This document shows positions 11,757 to 24,149 of a stretch of DNA of 64,000 nucleotides, one piece after another. The stretch's first letter is position 1. Each line of letters opens with the position of its first letter. Made by a program: the position numbers and the translations under genes. The stretch covers positions 40,300,001 to 40,364,000 of the forward strand of contig NC_134468.1 in assembly GCF_964194025.1 (NCBI RefSeq), in the 5' to 3' direction. The notes under the pieces are model-generated. The model was not told the origin of the DNA. It saw only the letters and a program-made list of their open reading frames with translations, and searched no databases. The DNA comes from Convolutriloba macropyga. Lineage: Eukaryota.

Positions 11757-12617
11757 CAGAACTAGCAATCTTTGGGGAATTTTAGAACGCTCTAAAATTT
11801 TTGTCACGGCCTTTAAAATATTTGAAAACAAGAAGAATAAATTTCTTCCCGATTTGGTACAAAATGACACATGGAATTTGATTAATTCAATCAACTGAAT
11901 CAAAGCAAGCGGGCAACAACGAGATCAATTAAGATGTGTTTTCAGATTGGCCAAAGAAAGGCTACAGTTCCAAATTTGTGATATTAGGAAATTATTTCTG
12001 ATTAACTTCACACCTTAAGTTTGTGGTTTAACAATCAACCTGCACAATAAACTGATAAATATTTGGAGAATGATTCACAATGCTTCTGACTTTTTGAGAC
12101 CAAGGTTGAGTTGAATTAACTGGCGAGGCGTCCAGGCTACTAACTGGGTGACGCGAAGCTTCTATATAGTTTTATTTGTTTAACCAATTGAGCTATAATG
12201 TGGGTGCGCGCATTGAATTCTTCGCTTTCAGTTTACTTTAAAAAGAACACACTAGTCGGATCTTGTTCACAATTTGAACTCCTCCTCTCCCCCTCCTCCC
12301 CCCCCCCCCTGCCCGGCTATGCTACTTCGCACACTTTGGAGGACTTCCCAGTGGAATAGACAAAATATGGGAGCTCTAACACATATTACTCATATAATTT
12401 AGTGTTTTGTGTTGCTGTTGAATGTTTTACCCATTTATTAATGTAATTATGGATTGCAAATAATGATTGTCAACAGGATCCGAGTAAATTCAATTCATAA
12501 ACAGTTTTAAACGTGTTGAGACAGATAAGTAATAAGAATATGATTAATTATGGTAATTTTGCTTCACCAGCTTCGTTTGCTTTTATTCACTCCTTTGTTA
12601 TGATTATTCATCATCAG

Positions 12618-13106
12618 CAGCAACCCAACAACAACATCAACAAGTCTTCCATGATTGCGCTTCCACCAATCACCACTCACACGGGTGTGAACAGTTTGCA
12701 CCACCCAGCTGGACTCACCCATAACACCAACCAACATGTTGGGGTGCTGGCTCCGGTAACTCCTGCAAGCGTACCTGGCAACGTCAAGTTGGAACCCGGG
12801 GTACAGCAGGTATTACCAGCATCTATGGGGGGTAGTGGAGCTCAGCTTAACGCACAATACTTACAAAAGCTGTGCAATAATCCGAATGATAACAACAACT
12901 ACATGCAACCAGCCGCTGCAGGAATTGCGATCAACTCATCTCACAAACGGAAGGTGTTTGAAGATGCTCGCACGGTGGCCAATCAAGCGATCGTCCACTC
13001 AAACCCCGCTGCTGCTGCTACGATGCTTAACCCCCCTGGCTTGACCACGGCTTTGCTCCCAAACAACCCAAACAGCTTTAGTTTCACTTCGAATCCCGCT
13101 GCTTTG
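12618..13106 (+). CDS. mbl: Muscleblind-like protein, exon E (489 nt, phase 0-0, contains basic HKRK motif)
   Basis: Acceptor catCAG|CAG; open frame QQPNNN...SNPAAL; donor TTG|gtacgc; GC-richer than the flanking intron. Confidence 0.85.
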
Positions 13107-13370
13107 GTACGCTTTGACCTTGGCCTCTGAACAGAGAGTTCTAAATAAACAATTCTGTTTTCAAATGCATCTTTTGCTTATCGCAGCTATCTTTCGCTTT
13201 TCTGCCTACTGACATTATGTTTATCTGCTTGTTTTGGTTTGTCTAGTCTGTAAATAATTAAGTGCTTGCTTATCAGTTCAGTCCTCTTTCGGTGTTTGTT
13301 TCATTGTCTGCCATGCTAGTGTTATGTTAAAATGCTTGCTTCCCTTGTCGAGTCCTTTCATGCTTTCAAG
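13107..13370 (+). promoter_or_regulatory. Intronic YGCY cluster (putative Muscleblind binding sites) downstream of exon E
   Basis: 12 YGCY tetramers counted in about 260 U-rich nt, including two tgcttgctt; YGCY is the established MBNL motif. Confidence 0.5.
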
Positions 13371-13838
13371 TCTCCAAATACTGTCCATAATTAAACATAG
13401 AACTTCGGTTGTAGTGTATGTGTACATTCATTTGATGTATTTGTCAGAACATTTTTTAAAACCAAAACTCCAAAAATTTTGGTTATGACAAAAGAAGTTT
13501 TGTTGTCATAACCAAAATCAAATTCCTTAGACGTACCTTTAAAGAATCTTTGTTAATCGGGGAAAATCAGTTCAAGTCATGAGCAAATCAACAAAAAAAT
13601 TTATTAGAAAATCCCGTTGTTTGAATCATTTCAATATCTCATCAATGCTTTTTCCTGAATCTTCTCTGATCGGGAATTTTTCATGAAATGAAAATATTAT
13701 CACTCATACACTTGTTTTTTCGCATTATTTCTATTCGAAACTAACTCTTTATCAGATTGATTTCAAACAATTTTTCAATTCGAAGAGCAATGAAAACTTG
13801 AACAAATATTCGGCTTCATGACCATAGCAATGTTTTAG

Positions 13839-14148
13839 GCTAACTGCACACCGGCCGCGGCTAACGGCAGCATGTTTCCAACATACGGGAAAATGTTGAG
13901 ACTGGACTCGAATGGACTAAATGGGACCAAAATGACAAGTCCTGCGGCTGCTGCAGTGGGTGTGAACGCAATTGGGGGGTTGAATGCGGCAGCAGCGGCG
14001 TACAGTCCGTACGGAACTTCGCCGCAACAGGCATCGCCCCAGGCCTTCTTTTACAACCCACTCTACCAGGCACAGTTGTCGGCTGCTGCGGCTGCGGCTG
14101 CTGCCAACTCTTCCCAAGGTTCCCTTATACCCGCTACGAGTCCCGCAT
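13839..14148 (+). CDS. mbl: Muscleblind-like protein, exon F (Ala-rich)
   Basis: Acceptor tgttttag|GCT; ANCTPAAANGSMFPTYGK...IPATSPA; donor T|gtgagc phase 1. Confidence 0.85.
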
Positions 14149-14589
14149 GTGAGCACTTGTTTGTTAATTTAATAGTTATAACTAAGAATTTGATAAAGGA
14201 AATAATTATGGCATTGGTGAAAATAGTAATTCTCAATCAATGGATTTCACAGATAAACCACACTGATGGTAATTGCGATAACATTTTTTACGCATACTTT
14301 TGGATTTTTTCAAAGTAGTGTTAGCTTGTTTCGATGAAGGACTCAAATCCACCTCAAATGCACTTGGAAGCAGCACAGTATTTATTTACTGTGCTAACTT
14401 CAAGAAAAAAATCAGAAAAATTTATAACTCTTCTAAAGGATTTATAATTTAAAAATGCATACAAAATTTATACAGAAATTCAAAAATACAAAAAAGTTTT
14501 GAAATTGTTTTTATGGCCAAAATCGAGAAACCACTCATCGGCATTCATACAAATAGTGTTTGTGTGATGTACACTGATGTCGTGTTTAG

Positions 14590-14690
14590 TTATCCCTAAC
14601 CATGGCGGCGCGGGAATGATCAATGGTGCTCACTCGCCTGCAATCTATGCGAGCCAAATCCACAACGGACGTTTTGCAGCTTTCGGCTAG
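14590..14690 (+). CDS. mbl: Muscleblind-like protein, terminal coding exon G
   Basis: Branch-like ctgat then gtgtttag|TT completes Phe (phase 1); IPNHGGAGMINGAHSPAIYASQIHNGRFAAFG, TAG at 14688-14690. Confidence 0.8.
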
Positions 14691-14804
14691 TTGCACTGAC
14701 GACCACAACACAACCGCCACTCTACACTCTCTCTAGACGAAGTCAGATGTAAGCACAACTCATACTTCTAACTAGGGCGCATTGGGACCACATTTGTATT
14801 CAGT

Positions 14805-14810
14805 AATAAA
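14805..14810 (+). terminator. Candidate proximal polyadenylation signal of mbl
   Basis: First AATAAA about 115 nt after the stop codon; a longer UTR cannot be excluded. Confidence 0.35.
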
Positions 14811-17392
14811 TCAACTTCTGTAATTGCTCTACTTTTGTAAAAAAAATATGCAGCTCCATATTATTGGTTAGGAAATGCGACGAGTTTCAGTAATGGTGCA
14901 AGTCTGCGCGCATGCTAACTAACAGTAATATGGGGCAACATCAGAAGTTTGAATGAGTGCGAATAGGGTCGAGCTATTGGCGGAATAGAAAACATCAGCT
15001 TAGCGCATAGAAAGATGCGCTAACCTGATTAGAATCATAATTTGCACATTACCAAAAAAAAAATTTTCTTGCAAGATTCCAACACAATATTGGAAAACGA
15101 GACATGATTTTCTTGCACGAAACGTTTTTTTTTGTAGAAATTTTCGTGCACAAAAATCTTGTACGATAAACGGAAATGACAAAGAAAAACACATTTTGAA
15201 AACTTTTTCTCAAAAATGTGCAAACTATAGTTATAAAATAATATGGTTAGCGCTTGTTCACAATACTATATCGATTGTGTTCTATTGACTTTTTAAATGT
15301 GAGAAATAGTTAAAATAAGAGAATGGACAAATTTTGGGAGCTGAATTGATAAAAATTATACGAGAAGCATATATTAGTTAAGTTATAGCCTTCTATCCCC
15401 TGAATCAGGCAACAATCAACCCCGTGCCCTGTTTGTCATGCAAGAGCAATTAATTGGGCTTTAGTCGGCTGTTTCAAAAGAAAGTACAATTGTTATCTTT
15501 ATTTGTGCTCACTTCTGAAATATTGTAAATTTACTCAAAAAGTTGTTTAGAGTCGTCATCCCAAGAAAGGCGCGTCATTGATATGAGGAGTTACTGTGCA
15601 TACAAACAAACGAATGATGGAACAAAGAAACATTTGAAATCTCAAGTGTCAACTCTGAAATCAAATCAGGACCAAGCTAATATTCGCATTTTGCTCAAGA
15701 ACTAAGATTGTTGCAACTTGAAAAAAAATCGATACGAGATGAACGAACGACAAATAAACGGACCACATAGTTAACAAACTCGATACAACCATCACCACTC
15801 ATAGACTTATGCACAATAACGGGACACAAGTGATACCGATTCCTTCTTAAAAAGGAGGATTTTAATATAATTGGAGATAAAGTGCTAGTTGGAAAAATTT
15901 TATGATATCAGAACGGAGAAAAAACTATTTTATGGTTTAGGCTGTTTATCGAAAGTAGGAACGTGTGTTATTATCTTCCGTTTCCATGGCGCTTTTCAAA
16001 CTTTGTTGATGCTTAGCTTTTGGAAATGTTTAGTTCAGTTTGCTTTAATATTTTCCCCAAAATGTTGAAGCAGCAACCAAAATGTGATTAAAAATAATGA
16101 TTTCAGAAAAAAATTTTGAAAAAAGTGTTGAAATAATTTATATAAGGTGAATACAAAATATCGAAAACGGATGATAACAATAAAATTTGAAATGGCGCCC
16201 GGATTGTGTGAAGATGAGTAATATTTTGTTATTGATTGATAGAGTATTACATGCGTAAATACATACATACATACGTCATTGGTGCTTGTCCTATCCTTAG
16301 TTTACCTTTACTAGTGTAAAAAGATTATGGTAATTTATAATAAATAATTCGTCTTTGTAATACCCCCTTCTTTTTCTTTCACTTCATTACAAGTAGTTAA
16401 ACCTTCCAACTTTCTCGACAAGTTTTGTTCAAAGGAATACAAATACGTATTTTTTCTTATTGTAGTTAACTTAACTTTACCAAACTTTTGTAGTTTTGAT
16501 TAACTAAACTGTTTATGATATTTGTGGTATTAATACTACTACTACATTAACTGGTGTTCTGCAAATAGTGGCAGCAACTTTTCATTCTTCATGTGTTATT
16601 TTGTGTCAAATTGGTGATTTTTTTGTATGTCATTTTCATGTCGTAAAGTATACAAAATTATCCTACTATTCATCACATACATTTCAAGTTGCTGAGCAAC
16701 GAACATACTATTATGTCATCTTGGACATCACAGGTTACGCAATATCACAGTGGCATGGCGTAATAATGACAGATGATTGCGTAACTTGTTTCGTGCTAAT
16801 TTATCATTTGACAGTTCGTTTAATTACATATTGATATTGCCCTTATTTTTGAAATTACGGTGAAAGATTTTTGTAGCTATTTTTCTTACCATCTTCGATA
16901 ATATTATGATCTTTGAGAACTTTGAATTTATCATTTGAATTAAACTCTTGAGTCCAAATAAGATGCATTATAATATATTTATAATTGTTCCAACCTTTCA
17001 GGAAATACCAAACCGACGTTTTTGGTTGTGTCAAATTTGGCCGGTCGATATCGCTTGCGAAGAGATAAAAAATGGTAGCAAGAGAAAGCACTCGAAAAAC
17101 AAGCGATTGTTGAAGAGTCATTTTCATTTTTTTTGTTTTTACAGGAGGAATTGAGGTTTAAATTTCTCGTTCGAGGTTCTCACGTTTCAAATACTAACTA
17201 CAATAATATATATATTAATTAGATTTACCACATTTCAAATAGATTGAAAATTTGTTTCTTAAAATGTCTTAATTAACCAGAAAAAAAATCAGTGGAAAGC
17301 AGCTTATGCTCAAGAGCAGACTTACATGTAGTAGTAGTAGTCCAGACTTTATTTATACACCCTTTCTTTACACAAAGGTGGTGGCACATAGC

Positions 17393-17980
17393 ATCTGTAG
17401 AGTATCTTCAGCCCTAACCGGGCATTTCAAAAGAATACGTCCAGAACACGCTCTTGATTTGTCGATCTTCAACTCTAACCGAGTACTTTGCTGCAAATCC
17501 ATTAATTCATTCAAATAAAAAAAATATTGCAATCTGTAGAATATCTTCAGCCCTAACCGGGCATTTTTTCAAAAGAATACGCCCAGAACACGCTCTTGAT
17601 TTGTCGATCTTCAACTGTAACATAGTACTTTGCTGCAAATCCATTAATTGATTCAGATAAAAAAATATTGAAATCTGTAGAATATCTTCAGCCCTAACCG
17701 GGCATTTTTTCAAAATAATACGTCCAGAACACGTTCTTGATTTGTCGATCTTCAACTGTAACAGAGTACTTTGCTGCAAATCCATTAATTCATTCAGATG
17801 AAAAGAATTGCAATATGTAGAAAATCTTCAGCCCTAACCGGGCATTTTTTTCCAAAAAAATACGTCCAGAATACGCTCTTGATTTGTGAATCTTCAACTC
17901 TAACCGAGTACTTTGCTGCAAATCCATTAATTCATTCACATAAAAAATATTGGAATTAAAATAGCTTCAGCACTAACAGT
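17393..17980. repeat. Tandem repeat, about 140-bp unit, 4 full copies plus a degenerate partial
   Basis: tctgtaga.tatcttcagccctaaccgggcatttt...gtactttgctgcaaatccattaatt recurs at about 17394, 17533, 17674, 17814. Confidence 0.95.
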
Positions 17981-18512
17981 GCACATTAACGTCTCCTTGA
18001 TTAAAAAAAGTTCTGTGTGTTTGATTGCGCGTCGAAAGTCTGAAGCCAGTACTCTGATATCGCTCGGATTTCGGTGAATTCCATCATTACATAGATGCTT
18101 GTCGAATTTGAACTTCTTCAAACTGACAAAAGGAACATTCAACTCTCTTGCAACATCTCTATGACAATTGTTTAGCCTCCTGACAGTTTCGCCTTTTCGA
18201 TCAATTAGCTCCATAATTGCCACTCTAATAGAATGAAACTTCAATTTTTGCACCAAATAGTACATTTCATCTGATGTTTCTACTGGACCCATTAACCGTA
18301 GGTTGTTTTTATCATACAGGTTATTAGTACCGGCCATGATTACAAATTGTCGTACCTTCCTGTTTAAGAGCTCTTTAAAAATACTATCACAGCACATAGT
18401 CGAGATACTTCTACCTGTACAAGAAATGGTCACGCAGTTTTGTACAAAGGCACCAGAGATTAAAGACGAACCGAGTATGCAAGAAGTCTTTTCAAACCGG
18501 TTTTTGAAGTAC
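17936..18512 (-). pseudogene. SGNH/GDSL-type hydrolase (esterase) ORF inside the LINE, 3' of RT
   Basis: One open frame holds CILGSSLISG (block I-like), SCTG (block II Gly), MAGTNN (block III) and NDGIH (block V); no clear ATG, stop just upstream near 18515. Confidence 0.75.
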
Positions 18513-21206
18513 TGTTAAAGGGCGATCACTGAGATAGGTTTCTCTTGATGTTATTGATTCGAGATTTTCGAAAATTGGTGATATCCATATGAAACTCTGA
18601 AAGCAGGTTGAAGATACCTTGTGCAAAGGAAACTCTTCAGTTCTCTCCTGAACATGTAGTGATTGCTAATTTTCCTCAAATTATTTGGGAAGTTGTTCCA
18701 TAATTTGGGACCGCGAATACTAAATGCTCTATCACCATATGAGTTTTTAGAATTGACAGGAACAGCTTTCCACAAATTAACTGATCGTTGGGAATCTTTT
18801 TGAAGCTGCAGTATAAAAAGACTTCGAATGTACTCTGGAGCAAGACAGTTATGAAGAGTGATCTGTTCTGTAAGCAGACTGCTTGACGTCAAGAAGTTAA
18901 TTTTATTTTCTTCAAGAGATCGTTTGAGTTCATCGGCGGCTAGTCGTTCTAGAAGTTTCGAAAAAAATATGGTGTTTGCAAGAGGTCGATAATTTTTGGT
19001 TACCTCTGGGTCAAGCGAAACTTTCATAAACTTTGGTTTTATGATTGCTACTTTGAAAACATCAGGGTAGGCGCCTTGTTCGAAGCTGCTGTTAGCAAGG
19101 TTTATTTAATGATTAGAGCAGGGATGAAAAGTTTCTTTTGCAACCGAGGTGGGAATTGGATCCAGATCACAGTCGCTGTTTGATAGATTTTTAAGTGCAA
19201 TATCTAACTTGTGGATCTCTATCAGCTTAAATTCAATCAGCTATCATTGGACGCTGAATTATCAGTCATATTTGTTTTCATGGGATTGGGTATTGGGTTT
19301 CTAAGGTCAACAATTTTGTTTGTGAAGTACTTTCTAAGCTCCTCTGCTGTTTTTGTTTGTGAACCCCAACTCTTAGGAAGTTTTTATTCATCGGGAACGC
19401 CCAAGAGGTGATTGAAATTTTAGAATTTTGAACGAAGATTCAGGTTTTGTCAAAAAACGCTAAATTTTTTTCTAAAAACTTTCTTATAATTGGAAATAGA
19501 TGCTGAAATTCAGTTTTATTTTCAATAGAGGGATTTTTCTTGTAAAGCTTTTCTCTCTTCCGGCGAAATCGTTTAAAAAATTCCAGCTCTTCGTCAATCA
19601 TTTGCTTAGATTGCGCGTTTCATATGGGACAGCGTCCTCTATAGCCCCAGAAAATGTGCCGAGTAACAAATTTCCTAAGTTGTACGGTCAGTGAATGTGT
19701 TGATTCAAGCAGAGAGGTAATTCTGCCTCATTGTTAAAAGCACTAGAGTCTGTTTTTCTCCCAATTTTGCTTGTGGCTGGTTCACAATTTTTGGGTTTGG
19801 ATAGGGAGGATATTTTGAACTTGATAAGTTTGTGATCAGAAAAGCTCAACTCATTGGCAGAAATCAGAGAGACACGTTCCTTATCGTTAGTAAGAATTAG
19901 GTCAAGCACATTTCCACTCTGATGGGTCGCTTCATTAATAGCAAACCTCTTTAAGCCGTTTTCACTCAATTCTCGCTGAGACAACAACAGTTGTATAAAT
20001 AACCATTGAAACTACACTTTGACGTCCAATTAACACTACAAAATCTGCTTATCATAAAAGCAGTGGCGATAAAAGAATGTTATAAACTCGTAATCTAATG
20101 ACGGCAACAGTGGCATAAAGTTATGCAACTGTTGTAACCGCACTACTGTTGATAAAAAAAACTTCCACCAGGTTGTTATCGCCTTCTCGAAATTATTAAG
20201 CCATTCTACTTCGCCTCGTAGTAAAATCTCGATGGCAATAAAAACCGTTGTTGTAATTATCCATTAATGAAACGATTTGACAATCAGTCAACCTATATAG
20301 TAACCCCATTTTTTTAGAACTGCATTTTTTTACTTACTGTTTCAAACGAATTTTTTTTGATGTTCTAAACTTCTGTTATTAGAATCACTGCGAATGACTG
20401 ATAATTGAGGCGAATTTAAGAATAAGAGACTATATTGTTTTTTAATCTAATAATATCTCTCTAATTATAAGTTGGCCTATTAATTACAATTAATAATTGC
20501 TCTTGGGCGAGTCGGCCGAATTCCTCTTCCTCAAAATTCGTGGAACAACCCTGACTCATTAAAAATTTTGAATGACGCTTTAGCGGCACAAAAAATTAGA
20601 AGACAATTCAACTCCTTAATCTTGGACAAATTTTTGTAATTACTCCATTGTGCAATGGAGTTTTTGAACAATTTATCCAATTTCTTGCCCTTGTCATCTG
20701 TTGAACACAGGAACTTATAGTTTTGGACAAAAAGGCGTTTATCGTTTGAACAGCGATAGGAACATGAAAAGATTAAATAGAGATAGCTGAGCACGCTCTT
20801 GTAGTAAGAGAAAAACATAGCAGAAGAGGACCAAAAAATAGTCCAAAAAATAGACAAATCAAATGCAGACTATCAGCTTCAGAAAAACAAAATAACATTT
20901 CAGAGTTAGGATAGCATAAAAAATACAGAAAAGAAATTAAATAATAAATTATAAAAAACACTTTGCATTAACTGATTTTTTAAAAAAAACTGTTAACTAA
21001 GTCATTAAAATTTTGTCAAAATTTAGATGAACCGGTACGTATCAGAAATTCGAAAGTAACAACCCTGTTGATAAAATGAAATGATAGAATTAATAAAAGA
21101 GTAATAGTTAGCAAACTCGGACGCTTCGAAGTGCACAAAACGCTTTGAAAATAAGTGGCAAAAAATTCAACAAAGTACGTAACAAAAATTCCTATTCACA
21201 CGACAT

Positions 21207-21299
21207 AAACAACTGCATATTAGAAATTTTATGAAAACAATTGCATGTTAGAAACCTTATAAAAACAACTGCATGTTAGAAACTTTGTAAAAAAACAAC
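21207..21299. repeat. Minisatellite, about 28-bp unit, about 3 copies
   Basis: aaacaa(c/t)tgcat(a/g)ttagaaa at 21207, 21235, 21263. Confidence 0.8.
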
Positions 21300-22254
21300 A
21301 CGCAAAACTAACAAAAACAAGCTAGAAAAAACTTAAAGAAATTTAATATTTTTTCAAGAAAAACTATTGGTATGCAAGTCAGAAACACATTAGCTAAAAG
21401 CTGTCAAAATAAAAATTCAAAACACTAAAAAAGAACGTTAAAGAAACAATCAAACATTTCGAATTTAGACCCAGAAAAAAGAAACTAAATAGATTAACAA
21501 GCCAGGTCAAAAATAAAAACTAATTGCTTTTTTTGGAAACAAATAGTATCAGTTGAAGTATAACTCAAAGTTACTAGATCATTACAATTATACAAGAAAA
21601 AAGGCGTGTTTTGTTTTTAGCTATTGAGACTGTCTATGACACCTGTCAATACCAAGATAATGTAGCGAGACAACAAAAAACAAAGCCTTTAAAACTAAAC
21701 AAAACTGCTATCTGTTAAAAAGTAGTATGATAGTCTGTAAACTGTTACATTCAAATTAAGAATAACTAAGGGTCGCAAATACAACGATGCCTGCCAAAAA
21801 CAAAACTAAATCAGCCAACAACAAAAGAACAAAAAAATAGAAAAATCGAAACCGAAGATTTTTTTTTTTAAAAGAAGTATATTCAAAGTGGTCAAAAAGG
21901 CTAGTTCTGAATTATATCAATTAAAAAAATCAAAAAAAGTTATATCCACCTTGACAGCAATTGATGTCTCCCATTAAAAAATAAATGACAGGACAACAAA
22001 ATGGCAAAACCTGTTATACCAAAAAATCATTAAAAACTTCCAAAAATAAGTAACGTCAAAGTTGTGATAACCTTTTGATATCATGACTAAAAAATTAAAC
22101 AACCTAACTGACTCTGTATAGACTCTGAGCTACATAAGATCTGGCGTTAAAAAAACTAAGGGGCTGCAGAAAAACAAATAAACAAAATCAACAAAAGTTC
22201 TGATAAAATCACTTCACTTCACGTTATTAGAACGCGTGTTTGACCTTATGAAAC

Positions 22255-22660
22255 TGTCGTACATAAACAGACTTGTGTACTGTATTCGAGATTCAAGTTA
22301 GGTTTCGTTTATCATGATTAATATTTAGCTCAGTGGGTACGCTTTACAAATTCTCGTAGTGATTCGCTTGGCAAATTGCCTAGCTAACTTTTTCTGCTAA
22401 ACTCGAAGATGAACAGATTTGCAGATTACATGGGTTGTATTGAGCGACTATTCAGGAGCAGCAAAATAAAAAAATGAGTCTCCAAGAGCAAGAGATATTT
22501 AAGTCATGGACAAAAAGATTCCCAACGCGGGAAAAAACGGGGGAAAACAAGGGACATATGCGTGAACACTGTAAGTTAAATTGGGGTGCGAAATGAAAGA
22601 AACATGAATTTATAACAACTGCCCTTCAAAATAAGTACATCAATAAACACATCGTACATG
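22255..22660 (-). repeat. Gypsy 3' LTR (inner boundary approximate)
   Basis: Begins tgtcgta on + and aligns with 30156-30528 (gattcaagttag..tcgtttatca, aattgcctagctaa, tctccaagagcaa). Confidence 0.75.
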
Positions 22661-24149
22661 AAATTATATGCACTAAAATAAAGTGAGATTACTTTGTAGT
22701 TAAATTTAAAAATTGCATTAACGAAAATTTTTCAATAAAGATTTTGATAATGTATTAGTATTTATTCACGGTTCATATAAGAGATAACAATATAGGTACT
22801 GGTTATGATAGCTGGTGATATTTAGTAAAATAAATGCGGGCTTAAGTTTCCCTACAGTGTTATTCAAAATTGTGGTTTTCCTCAACGATATCCAAGTTAT
22901 CTTCTGGGTTACATTCTGCAGGGTGAATTCGCGGATCTGTAGATGAAACTGTACCGATGACTCGCGAAGGATATGGATTTGGAATGCCTTCGACTTGAGC
23001 AGCGTGTATAATCGATTGTATAATTGGGGCTGGAAGGACTCGATGTCACCTGCTGCTCTTCCTTTGCGTTTTGGTTGAAACCAATTTGGAGGGCACGAAT
23101 TGGTGGATTCTCCAGAAGAATCCTCTTGATCAAATCCATAATTTTTAGGGTCCTTTTGTGAACTTTTGCGAGATCTAGGGATCATTTGTTTCACATCTTC
23201 CCGGGTGCTGATGTGGTAGGAACTTGATGTGAGAAGCGAAATTAGATGGGACTTTGGACATACGTACTCGCATTGCGCGTGAAATATTTGATTTTGTAGA
23301 AGATATTCTGCTTGCGTTGTCTCGTTTACTTTCCTCCATTCTATCGTCCCCTTTTTGAATACGTGTAAATTCTTTAATATTAGTTGCAATTTTAAACTCT
23401 AGAAGACCAGGTTTTTTTTGAAGACGAGGGCCTCACCTATTGATTTAGTCCTTAAGTTTAGTCTTTCTCTCGTCACGATGATCGCATTTCGCTCTGTCAG
23501 TGTTGCAAACTGTGACTTCCATTTTCACCAGTTCGCGTAACACTGCGGTGTATTGATCTGCTTTCTGTACCACTGATTCAGGAGCCAACACTTCATGCAG
23601 GCCGTCTAGTTTTTTCTTGGATCTTTTATGTGGTTGTACCTTTCTTGCCAGATTTTTTTGTTAGGCAGACTCTTTTATAGGTATAGCCCAATTGACAGAT
23701 TAGCTGGGTTTAATCCCTGATATATCAGTGCGATTTGATATGCCAGAGAAGCTTGTATTTTGTATTGCGACCTAAATTTGGTTTTAAAATACTGTTCAGC
23801 AGTGTAGAATGAATTGTATTTGTATAATGAGCTGCGATTGTCGAGTTATTTGATTGTGAATGTGCGCGAAACGGAAGATTGATATTTAAAGTATGAAGCT
23901 CTTGTTTTTCGAGTTGTGCTTTGCTGAGCAGATGTCAATTTATTTTAAGTCAAGCGTATCTGCGATGCAAAAACGGTATCTATATTAACGTTATTTCGTA
24001 TGGTTAACTTGGAAGTAACATTCCGATGAGCGGGTTCTAATTCATTTTGATGCAAGCATACCTGCGGTGCACGATTTATATCCGAATTAGAGGATTGATT
24101 TACCGGTATTTCACGAGTAGTAACGTGCTCTGCGAATGAGTTTGAATTT

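Larger units (their letters stand above)
17328..19990 (-). mobile_element. Decayed, 5'-truncated L2-like LINE: APE end, RT with internal deletion, SGNH ORF, 140-bp tandem array, terminal stem-loop, AATAAA, (CTA)n tail
   Basis: THQSGNVLDLILTN/SDHKLIKF (APE); CDLDPIPT; NYRPLAN..FSKLLER; LDVKQSAYRTDHS joined directly to LHNCLAPEY (RT core deleted near 18855); GDRAFS..GPKLWNNFP (L2-type C-terminus); minus 3' end cacctttgtgtaagaaagggtg-tataaataaag-tctgga(cta)n. Confidence 0.85.

Noticed and set aside
17393-17980. 140-bp array as CRISPR or an RNA gene cluster
   Set aside because: Whole units repeat with no spacers; no tRNA, 5S or snRNA motifs recognised.
22766-23389. 207-aa ORF before the Gypsy 3' LTR as env or an extra gene
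   Set aside because: No signal peptide or transmembrane segment; PRSRKSSQKDPKNY resembles the basic tail of Gypsy pol, so a frameshifted pol C-terminus is simpler.
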